Shown: positions 35,189 to 44,902, counted from the first letter of the stretch. The stretch is 49,606 bases of DNA from an uncultured bacterium (GCA_903929735.1 CAIYVW010000043.1:1-49606); one strand, 5' to 3'. Numbers and translations are program-made. The notes: a model not told the origin generated them from the letters alone.

Positions 35189-36220
35189 GTGAATGCATTA
35201 AATTATATGGCAATTTTTTCTAAAAAATTAGGTATAGACTTAGGCACAGCAAATACTCTTGTATACTTACCTAATAAGGGTGTTGTTTTGAATGAACCCT
35301 CTGTTGTGGCTGTTTCAGAGCAGGATAATACTATATTAGCTATCGGACTTGAAGCTAAAGATATGATAGGGAAAACACCAGAAAGTATAATAGTCTATCG
35401 TCCTATGAAAGATGGAGTTATAGCTGATTATAGAGTCACAGAAGCTATGCTTCGTTACTTTATTACTAAAACTTTAGGTAAATATAATTTTTTTAAACCA
35501 GATGTTATGGTGTCTGTTCCTGCAGGTATAACTTCTACAGAAAGACGAGCTGTAGTAGAAGCAGCTGTAAAAGCAGGAGCTAAAAATGCTTATGTTGTTA
35601 AAGAGCCTATTTTGGCTGCTATAGGAGCTGGAATTCCTATACATGAATCAAAAGGACATATGATTATGGATATAGGAGGAGGAACAACTGATGTTGCTGT
35701 TATAGCTCTTGGAGGTATTGTAGCTTCAACCTCAGTTAAATGTGCTGGAGATAAAATTGATTTGGCAATTGCAGATTATATTAAGAAAACTTTTAATTTA
35801 GCTATAGGAGATAGAACAGCTGAAGCTATAAAAATTAAAATAGGAGCTGCTATTCCTCTAGAAGAAGAAATAACTATTACGATTAAAGGAAGAGATTTCA
35901 TACAAGGATTACCTAGAACAGCTCAAATTTCCACAAATGAAATTGTGAGAGCGATAGATAAAGAATTAAGAGTTATGATTAGTGCTATTAAAGAAGTTTT
36001 ATCTCAGACACCTCCAGAACTTGCTGCAGATATAATAGATGATGGTATAATAATGACTGGAGGAACTTCACAGCTTAGAAATTTAGCAGATTTAGTTTAC
36101 AGACGTACTGGAGTGAAAGCGAGAGTTGCAGATGATCCACTGCTTTGTGTAGTGAAAGGAACAGGAGAAGCATTAAACCATTTGGAAACTTATAAGAAAA
36201 CTATTTTAAGTAAGAGATAA
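35189..36220 (+). CDS. mreB: Rod shape-determining protein MreB
   Basis: LGIDLGTANTLVY, DIGGGTTDVAV, MTGGTSQL. The track start is GTG at 35189; ATG at 35207 is a plausible alternative. Confidence 0.95.
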   Translation: MNALNYMAIFSKKLGIDLGTANTLVYLPNKGVVLNEPSVVAVSEQDNTILAIGLEAKDMIGKTPESIIVYRPMKDGVIADYRVTEAMLRYFITKTLGKYNFFKPDVMVSVPAGITSTERRAVVEAAVKAGAKNAYVVKEPILAAIGAGIPIHESKGHMIMDIGGGTTDVAVIALGGIVASTSVKCAGDKIDLAIADYIKKTFNLAIGDRTAEAIKIKIGAAIPLEEEITITIKGRDFIQGLPRTAQISTNEIVRAIDKELRVMISAIKEVLSQTPPELAADIIDDGIIMTGGTSQLRNLADLVYRRTGVKARVADDPLLCVVKGTGEALNHLETYKKTILSKR

Positions 36221-36222
36221 TT

Positions 36223-37344
36223 ATGAAATTTAAAAAAAATAAAAGAGTCATAAAAATAATATTAATTACCGCTCTGTTTGGTTTTGCTGGTGTTGGATTA
36301 ATTTTTTCTGGAGTTTTTGTTGCAATGAGATTACATCTTACAGATGTAAAAGGTAGTATAGATTCTAGAAATGAATTTTTCAATAAGATAAAAAAAGAGG
36401 AAGCTCGCTTTCCTACTATTAAAAGAGCTCAAGCTGCGACATCTTTTAATAAATTAAATCCAGAAATAGAATGTAAAATAATGACTGTCCTATCTGTCCT
36501 ACCTGCTAATGGTCAAAAAATTCTAGATACATATATGACTACTAAGTCAGAAGTGGTAGCAGATCGCATGATTAATGCTATTGTTCTGGTTACTGAAAAT
36601 AATAATACTTTCTTAAAAGATAAAATTGATAAATGTGTAGGGGTTATTGATACACCTTCTGTCTATGGAGATAATCCTTCTAGCCAAAGTATATTCAGTT
36701 GGATGACTTCTCCTGAATGGCAAACTCTAAGTGATGCTTTAGTGAAAGATAAGGATGTTATAAACCAAGCAAGTCATGATTCTGGAGTTCCAGCTAGAAT
36801 GATTGTTTCCACTGTAATATCAGAACAATTTAGGTTTTTTACTGCTAATCGTGAAGCTTTTAAAAAGTACCTAGAACCTTTAAAGGTCCTAGGTAATGGA
36901 ACAAAGTTTTCTTATGGAGTAGCTGGAGTTAAAATTGAGACAGCAAAAGTTATAGAGTCTAATCTTAAAGACAAAACTAGTCCTTTCTATCTAGGTGCTG
37001 ATTTTGAAGATATATTAAATTATGGAGATAGAGATCCTAGTACTGAACTTATGTCTAGGCTAACTGACAATACTAACCATTATTATTCATATTTGTATAC
37101 AGCTCTTTTCTTGAAACAAATAATGCATCAATGGGAAACAGCAGGATTTCCTATTAATGATCGTCCTGAAGTTTTGGGTACTTTATTTAATATTGGTTTT
37201 AATAAATCTGAACCGAAAGCAAATCCAGATGTAGGTGGTTCTACTATAACAATAGAACAAAGAGACTATACTTTTGGAGACCTTTCTTATGAATTTTATT
37301 ATTCAGGAGAGCTTTCTGAATACTTCCCATTAGGAGTACAATAA
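36223..37344 (+). CDS. Hypothetical membrane-anchored extracytoplasmic protein
   Basis: One N-terminal TM and no domain recognised. Sits where mreC usually lies but does not resemble MreC. Confidence 0.5.
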   Translation: MKFKKNKRVIKIILITALFGFAGVGLIFSGVFVAMRLHLTDVKGSIDSRNEFFNKIKKEEARFPTIKRAQAATSFNKLNPEIECKIMTVLSVLPANGQKILDTYMTTKSEVVADRMINAIVLVTENNNTFLKDKIDKCVGVIDTPSVYGDNPSSQSIFSWMTSPEWQTLSDALVKDKDVINQASHDSGVPARMIVSTVISEQFRFFTANREAFKKYLEPLKVLGNGTKFSYGVAGVKIETAKVIESNLKDKTSPFYLGADFEDILNYGDRDPSTELMSRLTDNTNHYYSYLYTALFLKQIMHQWETAGFPINDRPEVLGTLFNIGFNKSEPKANPDVGGSTITIEQRDYTFGDLSYEFYYSGELSEYFPLGVQ

Positions 37345-37348
37345 AGAT

Positions 37349-38047
37349 ATGAATAATTTTAGCCAATTATTTCCTGAAAATTTATATCATAGTTATATAA
37401 TAGAAGGTAATCCAGAAAATATAGTTTATATTTTACGTGACTATTTAGAAAATAGAGGGGAGATAAATAAAAATAGCGTAGATTTACTTCTTAATCTTTA
37501 CGATTCTTTTACTGTTTCTGATAGTAAAGAGATAAAAGAATGGCATAATAATAAACCAACAGAAGGGAATAAAAAGATTTGTATTATAGGGACTAAATTT
37601 ATAAATAAAGATGCAGAACAAACACTTCTTAAAATAATCGAAGAACCAAATCCTTATACGCATTTCTTTATTGTGGTTCCTGATTCGTCACTTTTATTAA
37701 GTACAATTTTATCAAGAGTTCAATTGATTGATAATTTAAAAATTGGTAATGGAATAGATGATAATGAAGCTGAAGATTTCTTTAAAGCCAATCTTAGTAT
37801 AAGGATAGAAAAAGTAGCTCAGATTATAAAAAAATTTAAAGATAATGAGAACAGTGGAGGATTAAGACATGAAGCGATAATGCTTATAAATGGAATAGAG
37901 AAAATAGTTTATTTAAAATGGAAAAAAGATTTAGACAATAAGGACTTGAAATTTATTTTAGAAGAATTAAAAAAAAGTCGAGAATATCTAAGTATTCCTG
38001 GTGCGTCTGTGAAGATGATTTTAGAACATATAGCACTTATGATATAA
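37349..38047 (+). CDS. holB: DNA polymerase III delta' subunit-like
   Basis: LLKIIEEPNPYTHFFIVVPDSSLLLSTILSRVQLI (sensor/SRC region) and no Walker A, as is typical for delta'. Confidence 0.72.
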   Translation: MNNFSQLFPENLYHSYIIEGNPENIVYILRDYLENRGEINKNSVDLLLNLYDSFTVSDSKEIKEWHNNKPTEGNKKICIIGTKFINKDAEQTLLKIIEEPNPYTHFFIVVPDSSLLLSTILSRVQLIDNLKIGNGIDDNEAEDFFKANLSIRIEKVAQIIKKFKDNENSGGLRHEAIMLINGIEKIVYLKWKKDLDNKDLKFILEELKKSREYLSIPGASVKMILEHIALMI

Positions 38048-38081
38048 TATAAGTAATTAAGAATAATTAGAAATCAAATTT

Positions 38082-38618
38082 ATGGCATACAATACAACAA
38101 ATTTTAAGGCAGAATTAAAAAAGATAGAAGAATGGCTAAGTAAGGAATATGGTTCAGTTCATACAGGTAGAGCGACACCTATGATACTCGATTCTATAAA
38201 TGTAGAGAGTTATGGATCATATATGCCTATTAAGAACATTGCTAGTGTATCTATCGAAGACCCAAAAACCTTGAGGATAGCTCCTTGGGATAAGAGTCAA
38301 ATAAAAGCTATTGAAGGTGCAATTAGCGCTGCGAATCTCGGACTTTCGGTTTTATCAGATAGTGATGGAGTTAGAGCAATATTCCCAATGCTTACAACAG
38401 AAAATAGATCAAAACTGGTAAAGATATTGAAAGAAAAGCTTGAAGATGCTCGTATAAGTGTTCGTAAGGAAAGACAATCTGAAATAGATAAAACTACAGA
38501 TTTACCAGAAGATGATGCTAAAAATGCAAAAGATGATATTCAGAAATGTGTTAATGAGGTAAATGCAAACCTAGAAGCGATTTTTGCTAAAAAAGAGACG
38601 GATTTAATGACAAATTAA
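38082..38618 (+). CDS. frr: Ribosome recycling factor
   Basis: GRATPMILDSINVESYGSYMPIKNIASVSIEDPKTLRIAPWDKS and a C-terminal helical bundle. Confidence 0.95.
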   Translation: MAYNTTNFKAELKKIEEWLSKEYGSVHTGRATPMILDSINVESYGSYMPIKNIASVSIEDPKTLRIAPWDKSQIKAIEGAISAANLGLSVLSDSDGVRAIFPMLTTENRSKLVKILKEKLEDARISVRKERQSEIDKTTDLPEDDAKNAKDDIQKCVNEVNANLEAIFAKKETDLMTN

Positions 38619-38654
38619 ATAAGTTCTCTAGTTGTTTCTATTGTGAATGAATAC

Positions 38655-38686
38655 AAAAAACAGCATGGTTCACCCAGCTGTTTTTT
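38655..38686 (+). terminator. Intrinsic terminator after frr
   Basis: AAAAACAGC-(12 nt)-GCTGTTTTT + TATTTT. Confidence 0.75.
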
Positions 38687-38701
38687 ATTTTATTAGTTTA
38701 G

Positions 38702-38729
38702 TTGACAAAATATAGAATAGTTGTAATAT
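38702..38729 (+). promoter_or_regulatory. Putative promoter of the 515-aa membrane protein gene
   Basis: TTGACA-N16-TAATAT. Confidence 0.45.
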
Positions 38730-38786
38730 AAAGAAAAATTTATGAATATAAACCGAGCTTGAAATAGCTCTTTAAAATTTAAAAAC

Positions 38787-40334
38787 GTGAAAGAAAATTT
38801 GGCTTTAGTTAAGACTATTTTGAAAGAACAATCTTCTATGAGGATTGTATTGAATGGTGGAAAGTATGAATTGGAAGATTCTACTATTCCATTCCAAATT
38901 GGCTTTGATTTATCAATAGCCGAGCAGAAGCCTACCCATATACTTGTGGTAGATGTAACAGAAGAATATATTATTGATTCTGCGTGTAAAGATAATTGTC
39001 AATCAGATTATAAATCTGAAAGAACAATCTTTAAGCTTGAACCGATTCATTATTTACAATTGAAAAGACCGGGTGTTCATCATCTGATTTTTATTTTGTT
39101 CAATGAGATGAATCGGAAATCAGAGAAATTCTATTTGGAAAAAAAACACTACGGTTACGAGAATGATATATATTTTAATACCATTGAAGGTATTAGATTG
39201 GATAATCAGATATCGTATGCTGAAGCAGTCGTTGATGTTCCAAAAGAATTCTTTGCTGATGAACCGGAAACAAAATTTCAGAAAGTAATTTATTCCTGGG
39301 TTAATAATTGGTACAGATTCGGACCCATAGATGAGTGCGAATACCGCAAGAGGAAAATTTTCGCATTCACTGGTAAACCACTGTTGTGGCTTTTTGGTTT
39401 AATTCCAAGAATTATGAGTTCAGTTTTCTTGCAGGCATTCTTCTTTGTTATCAAAACGATTGCATTTTTCTTTGGAGTTCAGTCTGTTTCTTTTCTTCCA
39501 AACAAGAAAAAGATTTGGATTGATTTTCTTTTAAAATATCCAATTCTTGGGTATAAGGATGTATTCAAAGGAGACTTTTGGTTTGGAAAAAGTACCGGGG
39601 GAAAAGATGATATTAACGACTATGGTTTCAAAACACTAGCTGTATGGAAATGGAGGTTTTACACACCTCTTACTCTTTGTGGAATATCTTTCTATTCAGC
39701 TTGTATTTACTATTATTTTTGCAGTGTTTATAAACTTTTTACTTCTAGTGTTGAAGGACATGCAGCTATTCTGTTGCTTACAGCTTCAACGGTAGTGGCT
39801 GTTATGACTTTATTTTTGGTTATGGTGACATTACCTTCTTGGAAGAAAGGTAAAGAATGGGAGAATAAATGGAATGTAGACCAAAAAGAAGGAAAGAAAA
39901 AAACTAGTAAAACAGCTAGCCGGATATTTTTTCCAATGATAATTGTTTTATTTTTTGCATTTATTACCCCCTACATTTCCTGGAATGATTTCAGTCAATT
40001 TATTGCTTCTTCATTCAAAATTATTGTCATTATGGTTATTATATTGGTGATATATAGTTTTTCATTAAAAATAATAGCACCTGTAATTAGCAAAAAGATT
40101 GATAAAATTAAGGAAAAGAATGCTATTTTGAGAGCAAATCTTCCAAAAGAGACAAAAGTAGACAGGGAAGAAATCAGAAAATTGGAATGGTTGAAAAAAA
40201 GCTTTGACATTGAAAAGCTTCCTGAAAGAGTAAGATTTAAAACAGCTCCTACTTCATCAAGTGTTCTTCACGAGTTTACGATCGGCTTCTGGCGGTTAAA
40301 GGCAAAAGTTTGCAAGCCTTATGCTAAAAAGTAG
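38787..40334 (+). CDS. Orphan polytopic membrane protein (515 aa): soluble N-domain of about 190 aa, 6 or more TMs, basic C-tail
   Basis: GTG start in the track (an internal ATG is possible). No family recognised. C-terminus FWRLKAKVCKPYAKK. Has its own promoter-like box and terminator. Confidence 0.55.
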   Translation: MKENLALVKTILKEQSSMRIVLNGGKYELEDSTIPFQIGFDLSIAEQKPTHILVVDVTEEYIIDSACKDNCQSDYKSERTIFKLEPIHYLQLKRPGVHHLIFILFNEMNRKSEKFYLEKKHYGYENDIYFNTIEGIRLDNQISYAEAVVDVPKEFFADEPETKFQKVIYSWVNNWYRFGPIDECEYRKRKIFAFTGKPLLWLFGLIPRIMSSVFLQAFFFVIKTIAFFFGVQSVSFLPNKKKIWIDFLLKYPILGYKDVFKGDFWFGKSTGGKDDINDYGFKTLAVWKWRFYTPLTLCGISFYSACIYYYFCSVYKLFTSSVEGHAAILLLTASTVVAVMTLFLVMVTLPSWKKGKEWENKWNVDQKEGKKKTSKTASRIFFPMIIVLFFAFITPYISWNDFSQFIASSFKIIVIMVIILVIYSFSLKIIAPVISKKIDKIKEKNAILRANLPKETKVDREEIRKLEWLKKSFDIEKLPERVRFKTAPTSSSVLHEFTIGFWRLKAKVCKPYAKK

Positions 40335-40361
40335 TTTAATAAACGAAAGTAATATAATTTG

Positions 40362-40396
40362 AAACCCCTACTAAGAAATTAGATTAGGGGTTTTTA
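40362..40396 (+). terminator. Intrinsic terminator
   Basis: AAACCCCTA-(14 nt)-TAGGGGTTT + TTATTTT. Confidence 0.8.
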
Positions 40397-40432
40397 TTTT
40401 ATCTAAATATCAAATTATGCTATGATATTCTC

Positions 40433-41524
40433 ATGTCAATTATAATTTTCATTGTTATTTTATTAGTTCTTGTAGTTTCTCATGAATTCGGACATTTTAT
40501 TGTTGCCAAGAAGTCTGGAATACGAGTAGATGAATTCTCTTTTGGTTTTCCTCCTAAAATTTTTGGAAAAAAGATAGGTGAGACTACTTATAATTTAAAT
40601 GCATTACCATTAGGTGGGTATGTCAAAATATTTGGAGAAAATGGTGATGATCCTTCGGTGAGTGAAGAAGACAAAAAAAGAAGTTTTACTAGTAAACCTA
40701 GATATATACAAGCAGCAGTACTTTTTGCTGGTGTTGTTATGAATTTCCTAGTAGCTTGGTTTTTACTTACAGTAGGCTTCATGTCAGGTTTACCATCTGT
40801 TGTTTCTATGGCTCCGAAAGGAGTAGAAGTAAGTAATCAACATTTAACTATTACTAGTATCGTTAAAGGAAGCCCTGCTGAATTATCAGGTCTTAAAATA
40901 GGAGATAAACTTATTAAACTTTCTACCCCAAAAGATTTTACTGAAACTCCCTCTCCTGAAAGTGTTCAATATTTTGTAAAGAAACATGTAAATGAAGCTA
41001 TTAAGGTGGATTTACTAAGAGGTCCTGAGAGTAAGGAATTAGAAGTAACTCCTAAGAATAACAAAGAAGGGAATGTAGCTATAGGTATAGCTATGGATAC
41101 GATAGGAACATTACAGTTACCTGTACATAAAGCTGTTTGGGAAGGTTTAAAACTTAGCTCTGAATTAACTGTAAGTACAGCAAAAGGATTTTATAAACTT
41201 ATAAAAGGTGCTGTGACTGGGAAGGGAGATATGTCATCGGTAACTGGTCCTATTGGAATAGTAGGAGTAGTAGGTGATGCAGCAAAGTTTGGATTTATTT
41301 ATTTACTTTCATTTACTGCTCTTATTTCTATTAATTTAGCAGTCATAAATTTATTACCATTTCCAGCTCTAGATGGTGGGAGATTACTTTTTCTCTTGAT
41401 AGAGAAAATAAAGGGATCACGTATTAAACCTGAGATTGCAAATGTTGTAAATATGGTAGGTTTTGGAATTTTAATGTTATTGATGGTAGTTATAACTTAT
41501 CATGATATTATTAAATTGATTTAA
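40433..41524 (+). CDS. rseP: RIP (site-2) metalloprotease RseP, M50 family with PDZ domain
   Basis: HEFGHFIVAKKSGIRV, PDZ (GSPAELSGLKIGDKLIKL), NLLPFPALDGG. Confidence 0.9.
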   Translation: MSIIIFIVILLVLVVSHEFGHFIVAKKSGIRVDEFSFGFPPKIFGKKIGETTYNLNALPLGGYVKIFGENGDDPSVSEEDKKRSFTSKPRYIQAAVLFAGVVMNFLVAWFLLTVGFMSGLPSVVSMAPKGVEVSNQHLTITSIVKGSPAELSGLKIGDKLIKLSTPKDFTETPSPESVQYFVKKHVNEAIKVDLLRGPESKELEVTPKNNKEGNVAIGIAMDTIGTLQLPVHKAVWEGLKLSSELTVSTAKGFYKLIKGAVTGKGDMSSVTGPIGIVGVVGDAAKFGFIYLLSFTALISINLAVINLLPFPALDGGRLLFLLIEKIKGSRIKPEIANVVNMVGFGILMLLMVVITYHDIIKLI

Positions 41525-41531
41525 TTAAATA

Positions 41532-41570
41532 AAATAACCCCAATAAAGCTTTGCTTTATTGGGGTTATTT
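41532..41570 (+). terminator. Strong intrinsic terminator after rseP
   Basis: AAATAACCCCAATAAAGC-TTT-GCTTTATTGGGGTTATTT (18-bp stem). Confidence 0.88.
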
Positions 41571-41641
41571 TGACTTTTTAGCTTTATTTTGCTTTAATCA
41601 ATTAAAGTATCATTCTAGTTATTTATTTTAAAATTAAAAAA

Positions 41642-41761
41642 ATGAGCGAAGAAAAAATTAAAGAGACAATCGATGAAAGTGTTGTCGAAGAAGATGTTAT
41701 TGAGGAAAATTATGGCCAGATTAGTACTGCAGAGGGAGAATTAGGTTCGTGTCTATACTAA
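41642..41761 (+). CDS. Candidate 39-aa acidic peptide
   Basis: MSEEKIKETIDESVVEEDVIEENYGQISTAEGELGSCLY, below the ORF-track cutoff. Followed 20 nt later by a terminator. No clear SD. Confidence 0.3.
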   Translation: MSEEKIKETIDESVVEEDVIEENYGQISTAEGELGSCLY

Positions 41762-41781
41762 ATAATGACCTCTAGTTTTAT

Positions 41782-41816
41782 AGACCGGTTTTTCTTATGG
41801 ATAACCGGTCTTTTTG
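41782..41816 (+). terminator. Intrinsic terminator after the acidic small ORF
   Basis: AGACCGGTT-(12 nt)-AACCGGTCT + TTTT. Confidence 0.75.
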
Positions 41817-41898
41817 TTTACAAATCTAAAAAAGTATGATAGAGTATTAATAGCTCGCCACAAGGCGTTTTTATTTTTAACTCAAGGAGAATTTTAAT

Positions 41899-43719
41899 AT
41901 GAAATTAAATGAAATCAGAAATATAGCCATAATTGCACACGTTGACCACGGTAAAACAACTCTTACAGATCAACTAATGAAACAGTGTGGAATGGTAGAA
42001 GATGGTGTCACGATGGATTCGAATGCTCTAGAACTTGAGCGAGGTATTACTATTTATTCTAAAAATACTTCTGTTAACTATAAAGGAACTAAAATAAATA
42101 TAGTGGATACTCCAGGTCACGCTGATTTTGGTTCTGAAGTTGAGCGAGTTTTACGTGCGATCGATTCTGTATTACTACTAGTTGATGCTCAAGAAGGTCC
42201 TATGCCTCAAACAAGATTTGTTCTTAAAAAATCACTAGAATTAGGTCTTAAACCGATTGTTGTTATAAATAAAATTGATAAACCAGCAGCAAATCCAGAT
42301 CGTGTACACGAAGAAGTCCTTGAATTATTTCTAGAGTTAGGGGCTACAGAAGATCAAATAGATTTCAAAACTATTTATGCTATAGGTAGAGAAGGTAAAG
42401 CCTTTCTTAAGCTGGGTGATGATTCTAAAGACCTTACTCCTTTATTGGATTTGATACTTTCAGATGTCAAAGAGGCTTCTTCTGACTTAGATGGACCTTT
42501 CCAAGCACAAGTTTTCAACTTAGGTTATGATAATTTCTTAGGACGTTTAGCTATTGTTCGAGTTTATGCTGGATCAATAAAAACAGGCTCTCAAATTATA
42601 GTAAAAAAAGCAGATGGAACTTCTAGAAATTCAAGAATTACTAAAATGTTTACATTCGAGGGTATTGCTCGTAAAGAAGTTGATACTATAAATGTTGGTG
42701 ATATTGCTATAATTGCTGGAATTTCTGATGTATTTATAGGTGAAACTCTTTGTGATAATCTTGAGACTGTAGCTCTACCATCTATAGCTATTGATGAACC
42801 AACAATTTCTCTTAACTTTTTAGTTAACGATTCTCCTTTTGCTGGACGTGAAGGTAAATATGTAACTAGTCGTCAGATTAGAGAAAGATTAGAAAAAGAA
42901 CTTGAAATAAATGTAGGTCTTCGTATTAGTTTTGATAAACCCGATGAAGAAGAAGTTCAAGAGGGTTATTTGGTTTACGGAAGAGGAGAATTACATATTT
43001 CTATTTTACTTGAAAATATGCGTCGTGAAGGATATGAACTTCAGGTTTCTCAACCACATGTAATTATAAAAGAAGAAAATGGACAAAAGTTAGAACCTTA
43101 TGAAGAAGCAACTATAGATGTTAGAAATGATGTTTCAGGTGCTGTCATAGAAAAGCTTACAGCTCGTCGTGGAATAATTACTAGTATGCACGATAAAGAT
43201 GGAATTGTTAGAATGCTTATAGAAATTCCTACAAGAGGATTGCTTGGTTATAGAGGTCAGTTTGTTGTTGATACTAAGGGTGAAGGACTTTTAGCTTCTA
43301 GATTTATAGGTTTTAAAGAGTATGCAGGAGAGATAAAGAAAAGAGATGTAGGATCTATGTCTTCTATGGTTACAGGTAAGGTTGCTGCTTTTTCTCTTTG
43401 GACATTGCAAGAGAGAGGTATACTTTATGTTGAACATGGAGATGAAGTTTATGAAGGAATGGTTATAGGTAATGTTACAAAAGGGGATGAAATGACTGTA
43501 AACCCTACAAAAGGAAAACAACTTTCAAATATGCGTTCATCTGGTACAGATGAGGCTGTTAATGTTAAACCTCCTTATAAACTTTCTATAGAAAGAGCTC
43601 TTGAAGTTATGGCTGATGACGAATTTTTAGAAATTACTCCTAAAAATGTACGTTTAAGAAAGAAGCTTCTTACAGAACAAGACCGTTCAAAAGCTAAAAC
43701 TTCATCAGGAAAAAAGTAA
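41899..43719 (+). CDS. typA: Translational GTPase TypA/BipA
   Basis: IRNIAIIAHVDHGKTTL, DTPGHADF, NKID. BipA-specific C-terminal domain. AAGGAG SD 8 nt upstream. Confidence 0.96.
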   Translation: MKLNEIRNIAIIAHVDHGKTTLTDQLMKQCGMVEDGVTMDSNALELERGITIYSKNTSVNYKGTKINIVDTPGHADFGSEVERVLRAIDSVLLLVDAQEGPMPQTRFVLKKSLELGLKPIVVINKIDKPAANPDRVHEEVLELFLELGATEDQIDFKTIYAIGREGKAFLKLGDDSKDLTPLLDLILSDVKEASSDLDGPFQAQVFNLGYDNFLGRLAIVRVYAGSIKTGSQIIVKKADGTSRNSRITKMFTFEGIARKEVDTINVGDIAIIAGISDVFIGETLCDNLETVALPSIAIDEPTISLNFLVNDSPFAGREGKYVTSRQIRERLEKELEINVGLRISFDKPDEEEVQEGYLVYGRGELHISILLENMRREGYELQVSQPHVIIKEENGQKLEPYEEATIDVRNDVSGAVIEKLTARRGIITSMHDKDGIVRMLIEIPTRGLLGYRGQFVVDTKGEGLLASRFIGFKEYAGEIKKRDVGSMSSMVTGKVAAFSLWTLQERGILYVEHGDEVYEGMVIGNVTKGDEMTVNPTKGKQLSNMRSSGTDEAVNVKPPYKLSIERALEVMADDEFLEITPKNVRLRKKLLTEQDRSKAKTSSGKK

Positions 43720-43812
43720 ATTACAACACGAATTAATTGCTATTTGACTTTATCTGATAGTAATGATATTATAAAAAAGTATAAATAATTATTAAATTAA
43801 TTTCATTAAAAA

Positions 43813-44844
43813 ATGGCAAATACTGTTACATTTAAACCTAAACAAGTTACTAAAAGAATTCTTTCAAATTTACCTCCTAGAGCATATGAGGTAGTAGTTA
43901 ATCGATTTGGACTTATAGATGATGGTGAAAGAAAAACTTTAGAAGCTATAGGTAAGAAATACGGTATTACTCGAGAGCGCGTACGTCAAATCGAGAATGG
44001 AGCTCTTTCTATGATCCGTAAAAGTGAAAGTTTTAAAGGAGAGAAAGCTGTTTTTGAAGAGTTAAAAAAGTTAATGCATACTATGGGAGCAATAGTTTCT
44101 GAGCAAGAATTTTTAAATAATTTATCTAAAGACAAAATAACACAGAATAATATACATTTGTATCTTACTCTTAGTGATGATTTTACTAAGCATAAAGAAG
44201 ATGCTCACTTTAAGACTCGTTGGAGTGTTGATAGTGATGTGTCAGATCAAGTTCATAAATCATTAAAAAATCTTTTTGAAAATCTTACAGATGATCAGTT
44301 AGTTCCTGAAGCTGAACTTGTTACTAAATTCTTGGAAGAAGTTAAAGATCTATCAGAACAATATAAAAATGAAGAGATTGCTAGAAGATGGTTATTAATA
44401 TCAAAAACCTTAAATAAAAATCCTTTAGGCGAATGGGGTAAGTCTACTTCTTCTTCTATTAAAGCGAGAGGAGTTAAAGATTATGCTTTTCTTATGATGA
44501 GAAAACATGGTTCACCAATGCACTTCAGAGAAGTAGCTAAAGCTGTCGCAAGCACTTTTGATAAAAAATGTCATACAGCTACTTGTCATAATGAACTCAT
44601 TAAGGATCCTAGATTTGTTTTAGTTGGTAGAGGAATATATGCACTTTCTGAATGGGGTTATAAGTCTGGAGTTGTCAGAGAGGTTATTAAAGAACTTTTG
44701 AAAAAGAACGGTCCTATGCTTAAAGATGATATAGTAGAACAGGTTATGAAAGAAAGATATTTGAAAAAGAATACTATTCTAGTAAACTTACAAAATACAA
44801 AATATTTTAAAAAGAATAAATCAGGATTATACACAGCTTGTTAA
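43813..44844 (+). CDS. Sigma-70 region-4 HTH protein fused to a C-terminal HARE-HTH (RpoE-delta-like) domain
   Basis: N-terminus LEAIGKKYGITRERVRQIENGAL (sigma r4.2). C-terminus GSPMHFREVAKAV...DPRFVLVGRGIYALSEWGY (HARE-HTH pattern). No sigma region 2. Confidence 0.65.
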   Translation: MANTVTFKPKQVTKRILSNLPPRAYEVVVNRFGLIDDGERKTLEAIGKKYGITRERVRQIENGALSMIRKSESFKGEKAVFEELKKLMHTMGAIVSEQEFLNNLSKDKITQNNIHLYLTLSDDFTKHKEDAHFKTRWSVDSDVSDQVHKSLKNLFENLTDDQLVPEAELVTKFLEEVKDLSEQYKNEEIARRWLLISKTLNKNPLGEWGKSTSSSIKARGVKDYAFLMMRKHGSPMHFREVAKAVASTFDKKCHTATCHNELIKDPRFVLVGRGIYALSEWGYKSGVVREVIKELLKKNGPMLKDDIVEQVMKERYLKKNTILVNLQNTKYFKKNKSGLYTAC

Positions 44845-44846
44845 AT

Positions 44847-44880
44847 AAAATTCCTCCTTTAAATTGGAGGAATTTTATTT
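44847..44880 (+). terminator. Intrinsic terminator
   Basis: ATTCCTCC-(8 nt)-GGAGGAAT + TTTATTTTTTT. Confidence 0.75.
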
Positions 44881-44887
44881 TTTTATA

Positions 44888-44896
44888 TGTTATAAT
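44888..44896 (+). promoter_or_regulatory. Extended -10 promoter (TGTTATAAT) positioned for a leaderless transcript
   Basis: TGnTATAAT ends 6 nt before the ATG at 44903. Confidence 0.4.
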
Positions 44897-44902
44897 ACTC
44901 TT

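Noticed and set aside
41856-41872. Attenuator hairpin in the typA leader (CGCC-ACAA-GGCG + T5)
   Set aside because: The stem is only 4 bp, which is too weak to call without comparative or experimental support.
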